Shown here piece by piece: positions 1-8,568 of a stretch of DNA of 45,294 nucleotides. The translations under genes and the position numbers were made by a program. The number at the start of each line of letters is the position of its first letter. The first letter of the stretch is position 1. The notes below the pieces were generated by a model. That model saw only the letters and a program-made list of their open reading frames with translations. It searched no databases and was not told where the DNA came from. Origin of the DNA: an uncultured Gammaproteobacteria bacterium (GTDB lineage: Bacteria > Patescibacteriota > Patescibacteriia > 2-01-FULL-39-33); NCBI GenBank assembly GCA_964386875.1, contig CAYLUK010000001.1, positions 1 through 45,294 on the forward strand, given 5' to 3'.

Positions 1-166
1 CCTTCAAATTGGCTGAAATCTCATTGACTGATTGACCAGATTCAACCCTGAAATATATCAAGTTTGACTCTTGACCGGCTGGTGAAGAGATCGTCAGTAG
101 AAAATAAACTGTCAAGATAATTGCCAGTATAATTATTAATATTATTATTGATTTTATTGTTTTCAT
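1..166 (-). CDS. N-terminal part of a membrane-anchored protein, possibly MltG/YceG-like endolytic transglycosylase (runs off the window)
   Basis: Own minus-strand translation from ATG 166-164: MKTIKSIIILIIILAIILTVYFLLTISSPAGQESNLIYFRVESGQSVNEISANLK. TM anchor followed by an F-x-V-x-x-G-x-S-x-x-x-I-x-x-x-L pattern as in YceG N-termini. Too short for the ORF track. Confidence 0.35.
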   Translation of the reverse strand, partial: MKTIKSIIILIIILAIILTVYFLLTISSPAGQESNLIYFRVESGQSVNEISANLK

Positions 167-263
167 AAGTAATTGTTCAGTATTCTTTGTTTGCATTATA
201 ACAACAATAAAATATAAAAACAATTATTATTATGCTATAATTAAAACAATTAAATACCTGTCC

Positions 264-1040
264 ATGCTAAAGCTGATCAAAAAAATACTGCTAATTTTGT
301 CAGTCATATTCATCTTATCAAAGCTTATTTTGGTGACAGCTATTTATTTATATCCAAAAATCACCATTGAGGATATTAACCTTAATGTGGGCGCCCAAGA
401 GCTGGTTGCTATGACCAACGGCTATCGGACAGATATGGGCCTTAATCCGCTGACTGTCAACGCCCGATTGACCCAAGCGGCAGTCAACAAAGCCAGAGAC
501 ATTTTGACTAAGCAATATTTCAATCACACCTCACCAGACAACAAGCCGTTTTCATATTGGATCAGGGAAGTCAATTACAATTACTTTTATGTCGGTGAGA
601 ATTTGGCCATAGACTTTGAAACCAACCAAGATGCTTTTAACGCTTGGCTGGCCAGTCCCAGCCATCGAGATAACATTGAAAAGCCTCAATACCAAGAAAT
701 CGGTATCGCTGTTCTACCAGGTAAGTTTGCCAATCATTCATCAATTGTAATTGTCCAATTATTTGGCACTAGAGTTTTAGGTGAACAAGACTCAAATAAT
801 AAAACAGGCCAACCAATACAAAATCCTTTTACTGATCTGGAATTAAATATCGGCCAAAACTACTGGGAAAAAATAATTTCTCTAAAAAATTTAGAGAAAT
901 TAAGCCAATTTGATAATTATTTACTGGTATTTGCTTTAGGGTTATATCTTATCATCTACACACCCAAAAAGAGAGTCCACCAAATCAATATTAAAAATCC
1001 AATTATTAATCGATACCAAGCAAAGATGTTTAAAGAATGA
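264..1040 (+). CDS. Membrane-anchored CAP/SCP (PR-1, YkwD-like) domain protein
   Basis: N-terminal TM helix. CAP-like motifs NGYRTDMGLNPL, HTSPDN, GENLA, WLASPSHRDNI. Second TM near the C-terminus. Last 85 nt overlap the convergent uppP. Confidence 0.7.
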   Translation: MLKLIKKILLILSVIFILSKLILVTAIYLYPKITIEDINLNVGAQELVAMTNGYRTDMGLNPLTVNARLTQAAVNKARDILTKQYFNHTSPDNKPFSYWIREVNYNYFYVGENLAIDFETNQDAFNAWLASPSHRDNIEKPQYQEIGIAVLPGKFANHSSIVIVQLFGTRVLGEQDSNNKTGQPIQNPFTDLELNIGQNYWEKIISLKNLEKLSQFDNYLLVFALGLYLIIYTPKKRVHQINIKNPIINRYQAKMFKE

Positions 1041-1774
1041 TCCTTAAAAAACTTCAATAAAAACCTAATCACCAAATACCCTGAAACTAACGACGATATA
1101 AATCCCAACAGAAGCAAAGTGATATTAATATCAGCAATTTGATTGATTTCAAAAATCTTTTTCAGTCCGGCGCCAAAAATAATTGGCATTGCCATAATAA
1201 ATGAAAATCTAGCCGCCTCGTCTCGCTTTAATCCTCGACCCATTGATGTTATAATAGTAATACCGGATCTTGAAGTGCCGGGAATAAAAGATAATATTTG
1301 CGCCAGACCGACAATTAAGGCGTCAACCTTACTCATCTGGCTGACATCTTTCTGACGCTGACTGTATTTTTCAAAAATAAAAAACAGGATAGCGACAATT
1401 ATCAGTGACCCTGCCACAACATAGATTGATCTGAAATATGTCTCAATCATATTTTCAAAGAAAAACCCGACTATAGCCGCTGGAATGGTGCCAATAATCA
1501 CTAGCCAAGCCAAATGTTGATTATAATTATGAGACAGATTCCAATTGAACAAGCTAGAAATAAATCCCCTGATAATTTTTTCAACATCTCTGTAAAAAAC
1601 AAGTAGTAGCGCCACCAGTGTGCCTAAATGCAACACCACATCAAATAATACATTGTCAGATAGGTCAAAATTAAACAGCTGATGAAAAATCACCAAATGA
1701 CCAGAGCTGGAAACCGGCAAAAATTCCGTCAGACCCTGGATAATGCCAGCCAAAATAGATAAAAAATAATTCAT
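956..1774 (-). CDS. uppP: Undecaprenyl-diphosphate phosphatase (BacA/UppP)
   Basis: Canonical BacA motifs GLTEFLPVSSSGHL and PGTSRSG. 272 aa, polytopic membrane protein. Confidence 0.93.
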   Translation of the reverse strand: MNYFLSILAGIIQGLTEFLPVSSSGHLVIFHQLFNFDLSDNVLFDVVLHLGTLVALLLVFYRDVEKIIRGFISSLFNWNLSHNYNQHLAWLVIIGTIPAAIVGFFFENMIETYFRSIYVVAGSLIIVAILFFIFEKYSQRQKDVSQMSKVDALIVGLAQILSFIPGTSRSGITIITSMGRGLKRDEAARFSFIMAMPIIFGAGLKKIFEINQIADINITLLLLGFISSLVSGYLVIRFLLKFFKDHSLNIFAWYRLIIGFLILIWWTLFLGV

Positions 1775-1778
1775 TTAT

Positions 1779-2210
1779 ATGTTTGAATTAATTATCATTC
1801 CAATCGTCGTTGCGCTCATTACTCAAGCGTTCAAGCTTATTATTGATGGTATACCAAATAACTTTAATTGGCAACACCTCATTAGTGATTATGGCGGCAT
1901 GCCGTCATCTCATACTGCTTATGTCTCGGCGCTAGTAATGGTGATCGGCCTAAGTCAAGGCTTTAATTCTGGCGTGTTTGCTGTCGCTTTTGTGGTGATG
2001 ATTATTGTGATGCGAGATGCAATTGGCTTTCGCCGAGAAATTGGTCGCAATGCCATATTTACCAATATTGTCGCCAAAGAAATATTTAAAAAGAAAAAAG
2101 CCGAGTATCTTAATGAACAGATGGGTCACTCATCCGCTGAAGTCTTGGCTGGATTTGTCATTGGCTCGGGACTGGCAATTCTATTGTATTTTTTGCTTAT
2201 GTTGATATAA
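1779..2210 (+). CDS. Divergent PAP2-family (DUF212-type acid phosphatase/haloperoxidase-related) membrane protein
   Basis: GGMPSSHTA and GHSSAEVLAG motifs, about 140 aa with 4 hydrophobic segments. ATG lies 4 nt from the divergent uppP ATG. Confidence 0.75.
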   Translation: MFELIIIPIVVALITQAFKLIIDGIPNNFNWQHLISDYGGMPSSHTAYVSALVMVIGLSQGFNSGVFAVAFVVMIIVMRDAIGFRREIGRNAIFTNIVAKEIFKKKKAEYLNEQMGHSSAEVLAGFVIGSGLAILLYFLLMLI

Positions 2211-2250
2211 ATTTACAATTCACGATCCAAAACCGCAGCCCACTGCGGTT

Positions 2251-3180
2251 TTAAGTTTGGCAAGATCCGCAAAAGTGAGTGCCACGACCGGCTAATTTTA
2301 TTTTTTTGATCGGTTGGTCGCATTTTTTGCACAATTGTCCTCCCCGACCGTACACCATAAGATATGGCACAAATCCACCTCGGCTACCGTCAAGCTGAAT
2401 ATAAGTATCAACTGATGTTCCTCTTTTACTAATGGCTAATTTTAAAATACGTCTTAGGCACTGATATATTTTTTTCAACTCCAGTTCGGTAATATCTTTG
2501 ACACGCCTCATAGGCAATACACGGGCGCAAAAACACGACTCATCAGCATAAATATTGCCAATGCCGGCGATAATTTTCGGATCCATCAAGGTCTGCTTGA
2601 TTTTGCGATTAGGATACCGGCTAATCGTTTGTTTAAAAACTTTAAAACTGAATTTATCGGACAATGGCTCGGGTCCAAAATTATTTTCTAGCTCATCTAT
2701 GTCCTGCTGACCAACCAACCTCATCCAACCGAATTTTCTAAGGTCATTAAAATATAATATTGATTTATCTTTAAAATCTATAATTATATGAGTGTGCTTA
2801 TTGGGTAATAGTAATAATTTCTGCTCCTGCCCTTGTCCGCCTGCCCCGCTATGATCTTTGGGGAGGGGGGAATTAGGAGGGGGAGGGAGAGGATGGCCAC
2901 CAATTATTAGCTTATGGCCGATGACATATGGCTTATAGATTAGTTGGCCGGTCATTTTCAAATGAATTAGAATATAATTACCATCGGATAATTTCAAGAT
3001 TAAAATTTTTGCCCGCCGATTAACACTGACAATCTTTTTATTTTTTAGTTTTTGCTGAAACTTGGCTGGTGAGAGCGGGTGTGTCATCTTTGGCCACTTG
3101 ATAGTGGCCAACTCGATAATTTTCCCTTTAATAACCGACAATTCACGTCGTAAAGTTTCTACTTCGGGTAATTCTGGCAT
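2251..3180 (-). CDS. mutM: Formamidopyrimidine-DNA glycosylase (Fpg/MutM) with a roughly 35-aa Pro/Gly-rich insertion
   Basis: N-terminal MPELPEVE catalytic motif, H2TH region, C-terminal zinc finger CKKCDQPI...HFCGSCQ. Insert between HLKMTG and KHTH. Confidence 0.9.
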   Translation of the reverse strand: MPELPEVETLRRELSVIKGKIIELATIKWPKMTHPLSPAKFQQKLKNKKIVSVNRRAKILILKLSDGNYILIHLKMTGQLIYKPYVIGHKLIIGGHPLPPPPNSPLPKDHSGAGGQGQEQKLLLLPNKHTHIIIDFKDKSILYFNDLRKFGWMRLVGQQDIDELENNFGPEPLSDKFSFKVFKQTISRYPNRKIKQTLMDPKIIAGIGNIYADESCFCARVLPMRRVKDITELELKKIYQCLRRILKLAISKRGTSVDTYIQLDGSRGGFVPYLMVYGRGGQLCKKCDQPIKKIKLAGRGTHFCGSCQT

Positions 3181-3265
3181 TTATTAAATAATTATACTCT
3201 AGAATATTCTATCATTTTTTCTGACATGAAGCCATCCCTCATCCTTATGAACAAAAGTAGACTGA

Positions 3266-3299
3266 TATAAAAAAGTCGCAACACCTGTGTGTCGCGACT
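3266..3299 (-). terminator. Intrinsic terminator downstream of the orphan gene 3312-3719
   Basis: Minus sense: AGTCGC-gacacacaggtgtt-GCGACT followed by TTTTTATATC. Confidence 0.6.
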
Positions 3300-3311
3300 A
3301 AAACAACATAC

Positions 3312-3719
3312 TTACAAATAAAAAGCTAATAATTCGCCAGTCGGCTTATCAACCGACGCATTGAGCTGACTGAAAAAATTAGCCCTTTGAAAATTTTCAA
3401 CGTCCAGACTATGACCGAGTTCTCTTACCCGACACCAATGCTGTGTCAAAACAATAGCAATCTGTTCTTTGATAATAAATGTTTCATTGGAATGACAACG
3501 GAGAAAATCCTTATACCAAGTGTTGAGCATTCCAATCCACACATCCATAACTTCTTTGGCTTGACCACGCTGGTCAGCCCGAGCAGTTGAGAGACGAATA
3601 CCTTCCAGCCGATTGGCCAAATTTCCGATTCCACCAGCAAGCTCCAATAACTCACTAGAAAATCGCCACGAAAGATCACCGGGAAATTCCACCAATAGTG
3701 TCTCATCCATGTGAGCCAT
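3312..3719 (-). CDS. Hypothetical protein (135 aa), stand-alone transcription unit
   Basis: ORF track 3312-3770. Start moved to ATG 3719 (MAHMDETLL) because GAGGAGG lies 7 nt upstream. Has its own promoter and terminator. I recognise no family. Confidence 0.6.
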   Translation of the reverse strand: MAHMDETLLVEFPGDLSWRFSSELLELAGGIGNLANRLEGIRLSTARADQRGQAKEVMDVWIGMLNTWYKDFLRCHSNETFIIKEQIAIVLTQHWCRVRELGHSLDVENFQRANFFSQLNASVDKPTGELLAFYL

Positions 3720-3773
3720 GCTTTGTCCTCCTCTTTTTTGGTTTTGGTCTAAATTTTCAATAAGCAACAAATG

Positions 3774-3802
3774 ATTTTATTATGTTGCTTATTATTTGAC
3801 AA
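3774..3802 (-). promoter_or_regulatory. Sigma70-type promoter of the orphan gene, embedded in a perfect 10-bp inverted repeat
   Basis: Minus sense TTGTCA-17 nt-TAAAAT. The inverted repeat ATAAGCAACA (3760-3769) / TGTTGCTTAT (3783-3792) brackets the -10. Confidence 0.5.
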
Positions 3803-3946
3803 ATATAAATATTACTCACCATGACACTTTTTGACAGACACTTTTTGAATTTTGACTATACCACATGGATTTGTTAATATTAATGTAGCTAAGCTGAAAG
3901 AGTTGGCCAGACTTTCGGCGCTCCCATGGGATAAAGCTTAAGGCTA

Positions 3947-4000
3947 GCCACAAGAGTTAGATGCTTAAATGCGTCAACAGAGTTCTTGTGGCTCTTTTTT
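3947..4000 (+). terminator. Terminator-like hairpin with its T-run in plus orientation, abutting the secA stop codon
   Basis: GCCACAAGA (3947-3955) ... TCTTGTGGC (3984-3992) followed by TCTTTTTTATT. In minus sense there is no T-run after the hairpin. Confidence 0.45.
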
Positions 4001-6746
4001 ATTCCCCATGACACCTCTTATACTTCTTACCTGACCCGCACGGACAAGGGTCATTGCGACCAACTTTGGCACCATCAAAATGTGTTTTGTCATCAATTAT
4101 TTTATCTTCTTTTCGATCAGCTAATCCTTGATCCGCTTCATAGGGCGACTTGGCCGAAGACTCTTTACTGGCGCCGAATAATTGCAAACTCTGCTTGGGC
4201 TGCCTTTGGCTCGCTCCACTTGGAGCGACCAGGCCGATTTTAAATATACTATAAGTGATTTGTTTATTAATTGCTGATAATAATTCCTTAAACATCCTAA
4301 TCCCTTCTTTTTTATATTCAACCAGTGGATCCCTTTGGCCATAGCCACGAAGACCAATGCCGGTTCTCATGTATTGCATAGTCTCAAGATGTTCCACCCA
4401 AAGCATATCAATAGTGCGTAGAAGTATGCCCTGTTCTACTTGTTGCATCGGACTAATATCTTGTTTTGGGTTGGCATTAATAACTGCCTCGGCTAATTTA
4501 TTTATTCTTTTTTCCAGATCATTGTAAGCGACAGTGGCCTGTTTGATTAAATACCCGACAATTTTGCGTCGAGCCATATTGTCTTCCTGACTGTCGCCGG
4601 CCTCATCTTCCATATCTTCAATCTTAATTTTGGCTTCCGGTTGAATTGGAAAAATTGTTGCCATCACTTCATAAATCTCGTCCAGATTCCACTCGCTTTC
4701 AGCCGGACTTTGAGTGTGAAAGTTGACCACGTCTTTAATTTCACCATACACCGAATCCAACACCACCTGTTTAATCTCCTGGCCGTCAAGAATCTCACGA
4801 CGCTTGCGATAAATAGTTTCACGCTGTTTATTCATCACATCATCATATTCAACTAAGTGTTTTCTAATATCAAAATTATTGCCCTCCACCTTTTTCTGAG
4901 CGTTTTCAATCGAATGAGAAATAACGCCATTTTCAATCGGCATATCATCTGGTACCCGTAGCGTAGTCATGATGGACTTCATCCTCTCTGAGCCGAATAT
5001 CCGCATCAAATCATCATCCATTGAAATGAGAAATTGTGATACGCCTGGATCACCCTGACGACCACTTCGACCACGAAGCTGATTATCAATTCGGCGAGAC
5101 TCATGACGCTCGGTCCCGATAACACACAGCCCACCAGCCTTAATCACTCTTTGGTATTCGCTTTCATTATATGGATAACCACCAAGGATAATATCAACCC
5201 CGCGTCCAGCCATATTAGTCGCGACCGTCACAGCACCGAATTTACCGGCTTGAGCAATAATATGAGCTTCATGTTCATGTTGTTTCGCATTTAACACTTG
5301 GCATTCAATCCCCTCACGCAACAACGCATCAGCAATCTGCTCATTCTTCTCAATTGAAATTGTGCCGATCAGTATCGGCTGACCTGTCTGGTGTCGCTGT
5401 TTAACGTCAGCGACGAGCGCCTGAAATTTACCAGACTCATTCTTATATATTTTATCATTTAAATCTCGACGCACCATTGGCTTGTTGGTTGGTACCACGG
5501 TGACATCAAGCTTATAAATTTTGGAAAATTCCTCCGCTTCAGTCGCGGCCGTACCGGTCATACCCGCCAATTTCTCATAAAGCCGAAAATAATTTTGAAA
5601 AGAAATTGTCGCGAGTGTCCGACTTTCCCGCTGGACTTTGACACCCTCTTTGGCTTCAATCGCCTGATGCAAACCCTCACTATAGCGCCGGCCAAACATC
5701 ATCCGACCGGTAAATTCATCAACAATTATAATTTCACCGTCTTTGATTACATAATCCCGATCTTTTTTAAATAAAACTCCGGCTCGCAGTGCCTGCTCAA
5801 CATGATGAACATCAGAAATTCCTCGATCAGTATAGATATTGTCCACGCCCAAAGCTTTTTCCACTTTTTCTATGCCGGCTTCAGTCAAAGTCGCAGCTTT
5901 CATTTTCTCATCGATATTATAATCCTCATTGGCTTTCAAGTTTTTAACAATTTGAAAAAATTGATGATATTTATCAGTTGATTCCATATCCGGCGCCGAG
6001 ATAATCAGTGGGGTTCGCGCTTCATCAATTAAAATAGAATCCACTTCATCGACAATTGCAAAGTGGAGTGGACGTTGGGCCATATCTTCTACCGACTGGA
6101 CCATATTATCGCGCAAATAATCAAAACCAAATTCATTATTAGTGCCATATAAAACATCACACGCATAAGCTTCTTTCCTGGTACAAGGATTAAGATATTG
6201 AACATCTAAAACTTCATCATCGGCTGATTCGCCACTCACTACTTTGTCTGAATTAAATTTAAATGATACACCTTGTTGCTGGATACAGCTTACGCTCATC
6301 CCTAAAAAATTATATATCTTACCCATCCAATCGGCATGAATCCGAGCCAGATAATCATTGACTGTCACCAAGTGAGTGCCACGGCCGGTTAAAGCATTGA
6401 GATAAATCGGACAAGTCGCCGCCAAAGTTTTACCTTCACCGGTTTTCATCTCGGCGATTTGGCCACGATGAAGCGCAATCGCGCTGATCAACTGGACATC
6501 ATAATGACGCTGGCCAATCACCCGCCTTGACGCTTCCCTGACTGTGGCAAATGCAACAGGCAAAATATCATCCAAAGTCTTACCATCTTCCAATTCTTGT
6601 TTGAGTTTGACGGTTTGATTTTTCAACTCTTGGTCGGACAACTTCATAACCTCTGACTCAAGTTGATTGATGGCATCAATAATAACCCTAATGTCTTTTA
6701 AAACTTTTTCATTGGGATCGCCGAAAATTTTATTAATTAAATTCAT
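3999..6746 (-). CDS. secA: Preprotein translocase ATPase SecA
   Basis: Motifs MKTGEGKTL, DEVDSILIDEARTPLIIS, TNMAGRGVDI. C-terminal zinc motif CPCGSGKKYKRCHG. Start moved from the track's 6848 to ATG 6746 (MNLINKIFGDPNEK, canonical SecA N-terminus). Confidence 0.95.
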   Translation of the reverse strand: MNLINKIFGDPNEKVLKDIRVIIDAINQLESEVMKLSDQELKNQTVKLKQELEDGKTLDDILPVAFATVREASRRVIGQRHYDVQLISAIALHRGQIAEMKTGEGKTLAATCPIYLNALTGRGTHLVTVNDYLARIHADWMGKIYNFLGMSVSCIQQQGVSFKFNSDKVVSGESADDEVLDVQYLNPCTRKEAYACDVLYGTNNEFGFDYLRDNMVQSVEDMAQRPLHFAIVDEVDSILIDEARTPLIISAPDMESTDKYHQFFQIVKNLKANEDYNIDEKMKAATLTEAGIEKVEKALGVDNIYTDRGISDVHHVEQALRAGVLFKKDRDYVIKDGEIIIVDEFTGRMMFGRRYSEGLHQAIEAKEGVKVQRESRTLATISFQNYFRLYEKLAGMTGTAATEAEEFSKIYKLDVTVVPTNKPMVRRDLNDKIYKNESGKFQALVADVKQRHQTGQPILIGTISIEKNEQIADALLREGIECQVLNAKQHEHEAHIIAQAGKFGAVTVATNMAGRGVDIILGGYPYNESEYQRVIKAGGLCVIGTERHESRRIDNQLRGRSGRQGDPGVSQFLISMDDDLMRIFGSERMKSIMTTLRVPDDMPIENGVISHSIENAQKKVEGNNFDIRKHLVEYDDVMNKQRETIYRKRREILDGQEIKQVVLDSVYGEIKDVVNFHTQSPAESEWNLDEIYEVMATIFPIQPEAKIKIEDMEDEAGDSQEDNMARRKIVGYLIKQATVAYNDLEKRINKLAEAVINANPKQDISPMQQVEQGILLRTIDMLWVEHLETMQYMRTGIGLRGYGQRDPLVEYKKEGIRMFKELLSAINKQITYSIFKIGLVAPSGASQRQPKQSLQLFGASKESSAKSPYEADQGLADRKEDKIIDDKTHFDGAKVGRNDPCPCGSGKKYKRCHGE

Positions 6747-6855
6747 AATTATAGCTGGTAGTTTGTGGGTTGTAGGTTGTGGTTTATAACGGATTAAACT
6801 ATACCAAAAAAACATAATATTTGCAACAAAAAAAGCCGACGTATGCAAACGTCAG

Positions 6856-7086
6856 CTATAATGATCCATGTCCAGCCAAAAAGAAATATCGGCCGTTAGA
6901 AGCCAAAAACCTTTCTCTGACTAAGATAGCTAATCTCTCCTTAGCATCAGTCACGGCGATATTGGCTGTTTTAGCAACCTGTTCTAATGTCAGTTTGATT
7001 CCTTTGGTTGGAAACTGACGAAATATCACCTGGTATTTTGGCCGACATAAGAAAGTTTGATACTCTCTCGGTGGTGGTGCAACCAT
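6856..7086 (-). CDS. Small hypothetical protein (76 aa), possible helix-turn-helix
   Basis: ATG 7086 preceded by GGAGGG. Segment LTLEQVAKTANIAVTDAKERLAILVRE looks HTH-like. Family not recognised. Confidence 0.4.
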   Translation of the reverse strand: MVAPPPREYQTFLCRPKYQVIFRQFPTKGIKLTLEQVAKTANIAVTDAKERLAILVRERFLASNGRYFFLAGHGSL

Positions 7087-7155
7087 TAATAAACCCTCCG
7101 ATTGATAATTGCAACCCCAAAACACCTTAACACAGAAATCCTAAATAGTCAACTA

Positions 7156-7452
7156 CTAATGCAAATCTTTATATTTTATTAATTCGTTTTTCAGAATATT
7201 CCTCACCTTATTAATAGACTTAGTGACGTCATCGGTTTCGGCGGACGCGCGTAAAATTTTCTTGGGCACAGACAAATTAACTTCGGCCCGATAGATATCG
7301 CCTTTTTGGTGATGAAATGAGGTCAAGCCGACTTCAACATCAGCACCAATAATGCAATCACAATATTTTGACAAGCTGGAAATTTTGTCTTCAATAATCT
7401 CGTGCGCTTCGGGTGTTAATTTGGCGTTTGTCGCTTTGATGTTTATTTGCAT
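7156..7452 (-). CDS. hpf: Ribosome hibernation promoting factor / YfiA family (short form)
   Basis: 98 aa. MQINIKATN...LTPE...I..K...L.KY......V.V..... pattern typical of S30AE/HPF proteins. Confidence 0.85.
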   Translation of the reverse strand: MQINIKATNAKLTPEAHEIIEDKISSLSKYCDCIIGADVEVGLTSFHHQKGDIYRAEVNLSVPKKILRASAETDDVTKSINKVRNILKNELIKYKDLH

Positions 7453-7506
7453 GTGTTTAGTAAGAAAATAAAAAAATAAGAAATTAATTTTTTATTTTTT
7501 AATTTA

Positions 7507-8475
7507 TTATTTAAAGCCGAGATACTCAATCTCCTCCATTAGTTGCAGATTGAATTTACTTCTGACTTTTTGTTTAATGATGCTTGTCAGTATTATAACA
7601 TCTTCGGCAGTAGCCTGACCAGCATTGATGATAACGTTGGCATGTTGGTCTGAAACCTGCGCCCCACCGATCTTTTTACCCTTCAGATCACATTCTTCTA
7701 TCAGCCAACCAGCTGGAATTTTTCTACACCGCAAAAACTCATCAGGTAAATTAGGCCATTTCTTTTTTATCTCACTCCACTCATTTTCACTAATCTCAAT
7801 ATTTTTAAAAACGCAACCGGCACACGAATAATTATTAAATTTCTTATTTCGCTCCATTATAATCTCTTTCATTTTTTGTTTGATTTTAGCACGGTCACCA
7901 CTTTGCAGTTCAAACACAACAGACAGAATAATGTCCTTATTATCAACATCCTTAAAAATACTATGACGATATGAAAAATTACATTCTTTATTGGTCAGAT
8001 TTTTTGCTTTGCCCCGTCGCAAGACTGTCACGCTTTTGACATTATCTGATATTTGACTGCCATAAGCGCCAGCATTACCTCGGATTGCCCCGCCGACAGT
8101 ACCGGGAATTCCGGTTGCCCAATCAAGCCCAGCTAGGCCAAAAGAAAGAGCTTCTCCAACTGCCTTCGACAGCGCCGCACCAGCATCGCATTCAATTAAA
8201 TTATCTTTAATTTTCAACCGACTAAAGCCAATCTTCATCACTAAGCCGTCAAATCCATTATCACTGACCAACACATTACTGCCACCAGCCAAAATAAAAT
8301 ACGGCAAATTATTTTTTTCTGCCAAGTCAACCAACTTAATTAATTCTTCACTAGATTCTACAACACAAAAATATTTGGCTGGGCCACCGATTTTAAATGT
8401 CGTGTAGGAGGCCAAGGATACATCTTTTTGGATTGTGTTGGACACTAATTGACTAAGCTTATCTATGAATTGCAT
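7507..8475 (-). CDS. murB: UDP-N-acetylenolpyruvoylglucosamine reductase MurB
   Basis: FAD-binding N-terminus (SYTTFKIGGPAKYF, LAGGSNVLV), MurB C-terminal domain, dcw context. Confidence 0.92.
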   Translation of the reverse strand: MQFIDKLSQLVSNTIQKDVSLASYTTFKIGGPAKYFCVVESSEELIKLVDLAEKNNLPYFILAGGSNVLVSDNGFDGLVMKIGFSRLKIKDNLIECDAGAALSKAVGEALSFGLAGLDWATGIPGTVGGAIRGNAGAYGSQISDNVKSVTVLRRGKAKNLTNKECNFSYRHSIFKDVDNKDIILSVVFELQSGDRAKIKQKMKEIIMERNKKFNNYSCAGCVFKNIEISENEWSEIKKKWPNLPDEFLRCRKIPAGWLIEECDLKGKKIGGAQVSDQHANVIINAGQATAEDVIILTSIIKQKVRSKFNLQLMEEIEYLGFK

Positions 8476-8568
8476 AATATGTTTTTAATTTTTCAATTTT
8501 CAAACAATTTCAAATTTCTCAATTTTATAATTTCCAAACCCCCGCTTGAATACTTGGTAACAATGAAT

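Noticed and set aside
3796-3824. A plus-strand promoter using TTGACA at 3796-3801 for the putative sRNA.
   Set aside because: There is no acceptable -10 at 16-19 nt spacing (CCATGA). The same hexamer read on the minus strand (TTGTCA) fits a good promoter for the orphan gene.
6747-6848. N-terminal extensions offered by the ORF track for secA (to 6848), murC (to 10209), the Ldt fusion (to 16457), ORF3 (from 29349), GT4 (from 30848) and the PilV-like gene (from 35701).
   Set aside because: The extensions have no homology to the family N-termini. They cover promoters or overlap upstream genes. Internal ATGs give canonical N-termini or signal peptides, often with an SD.
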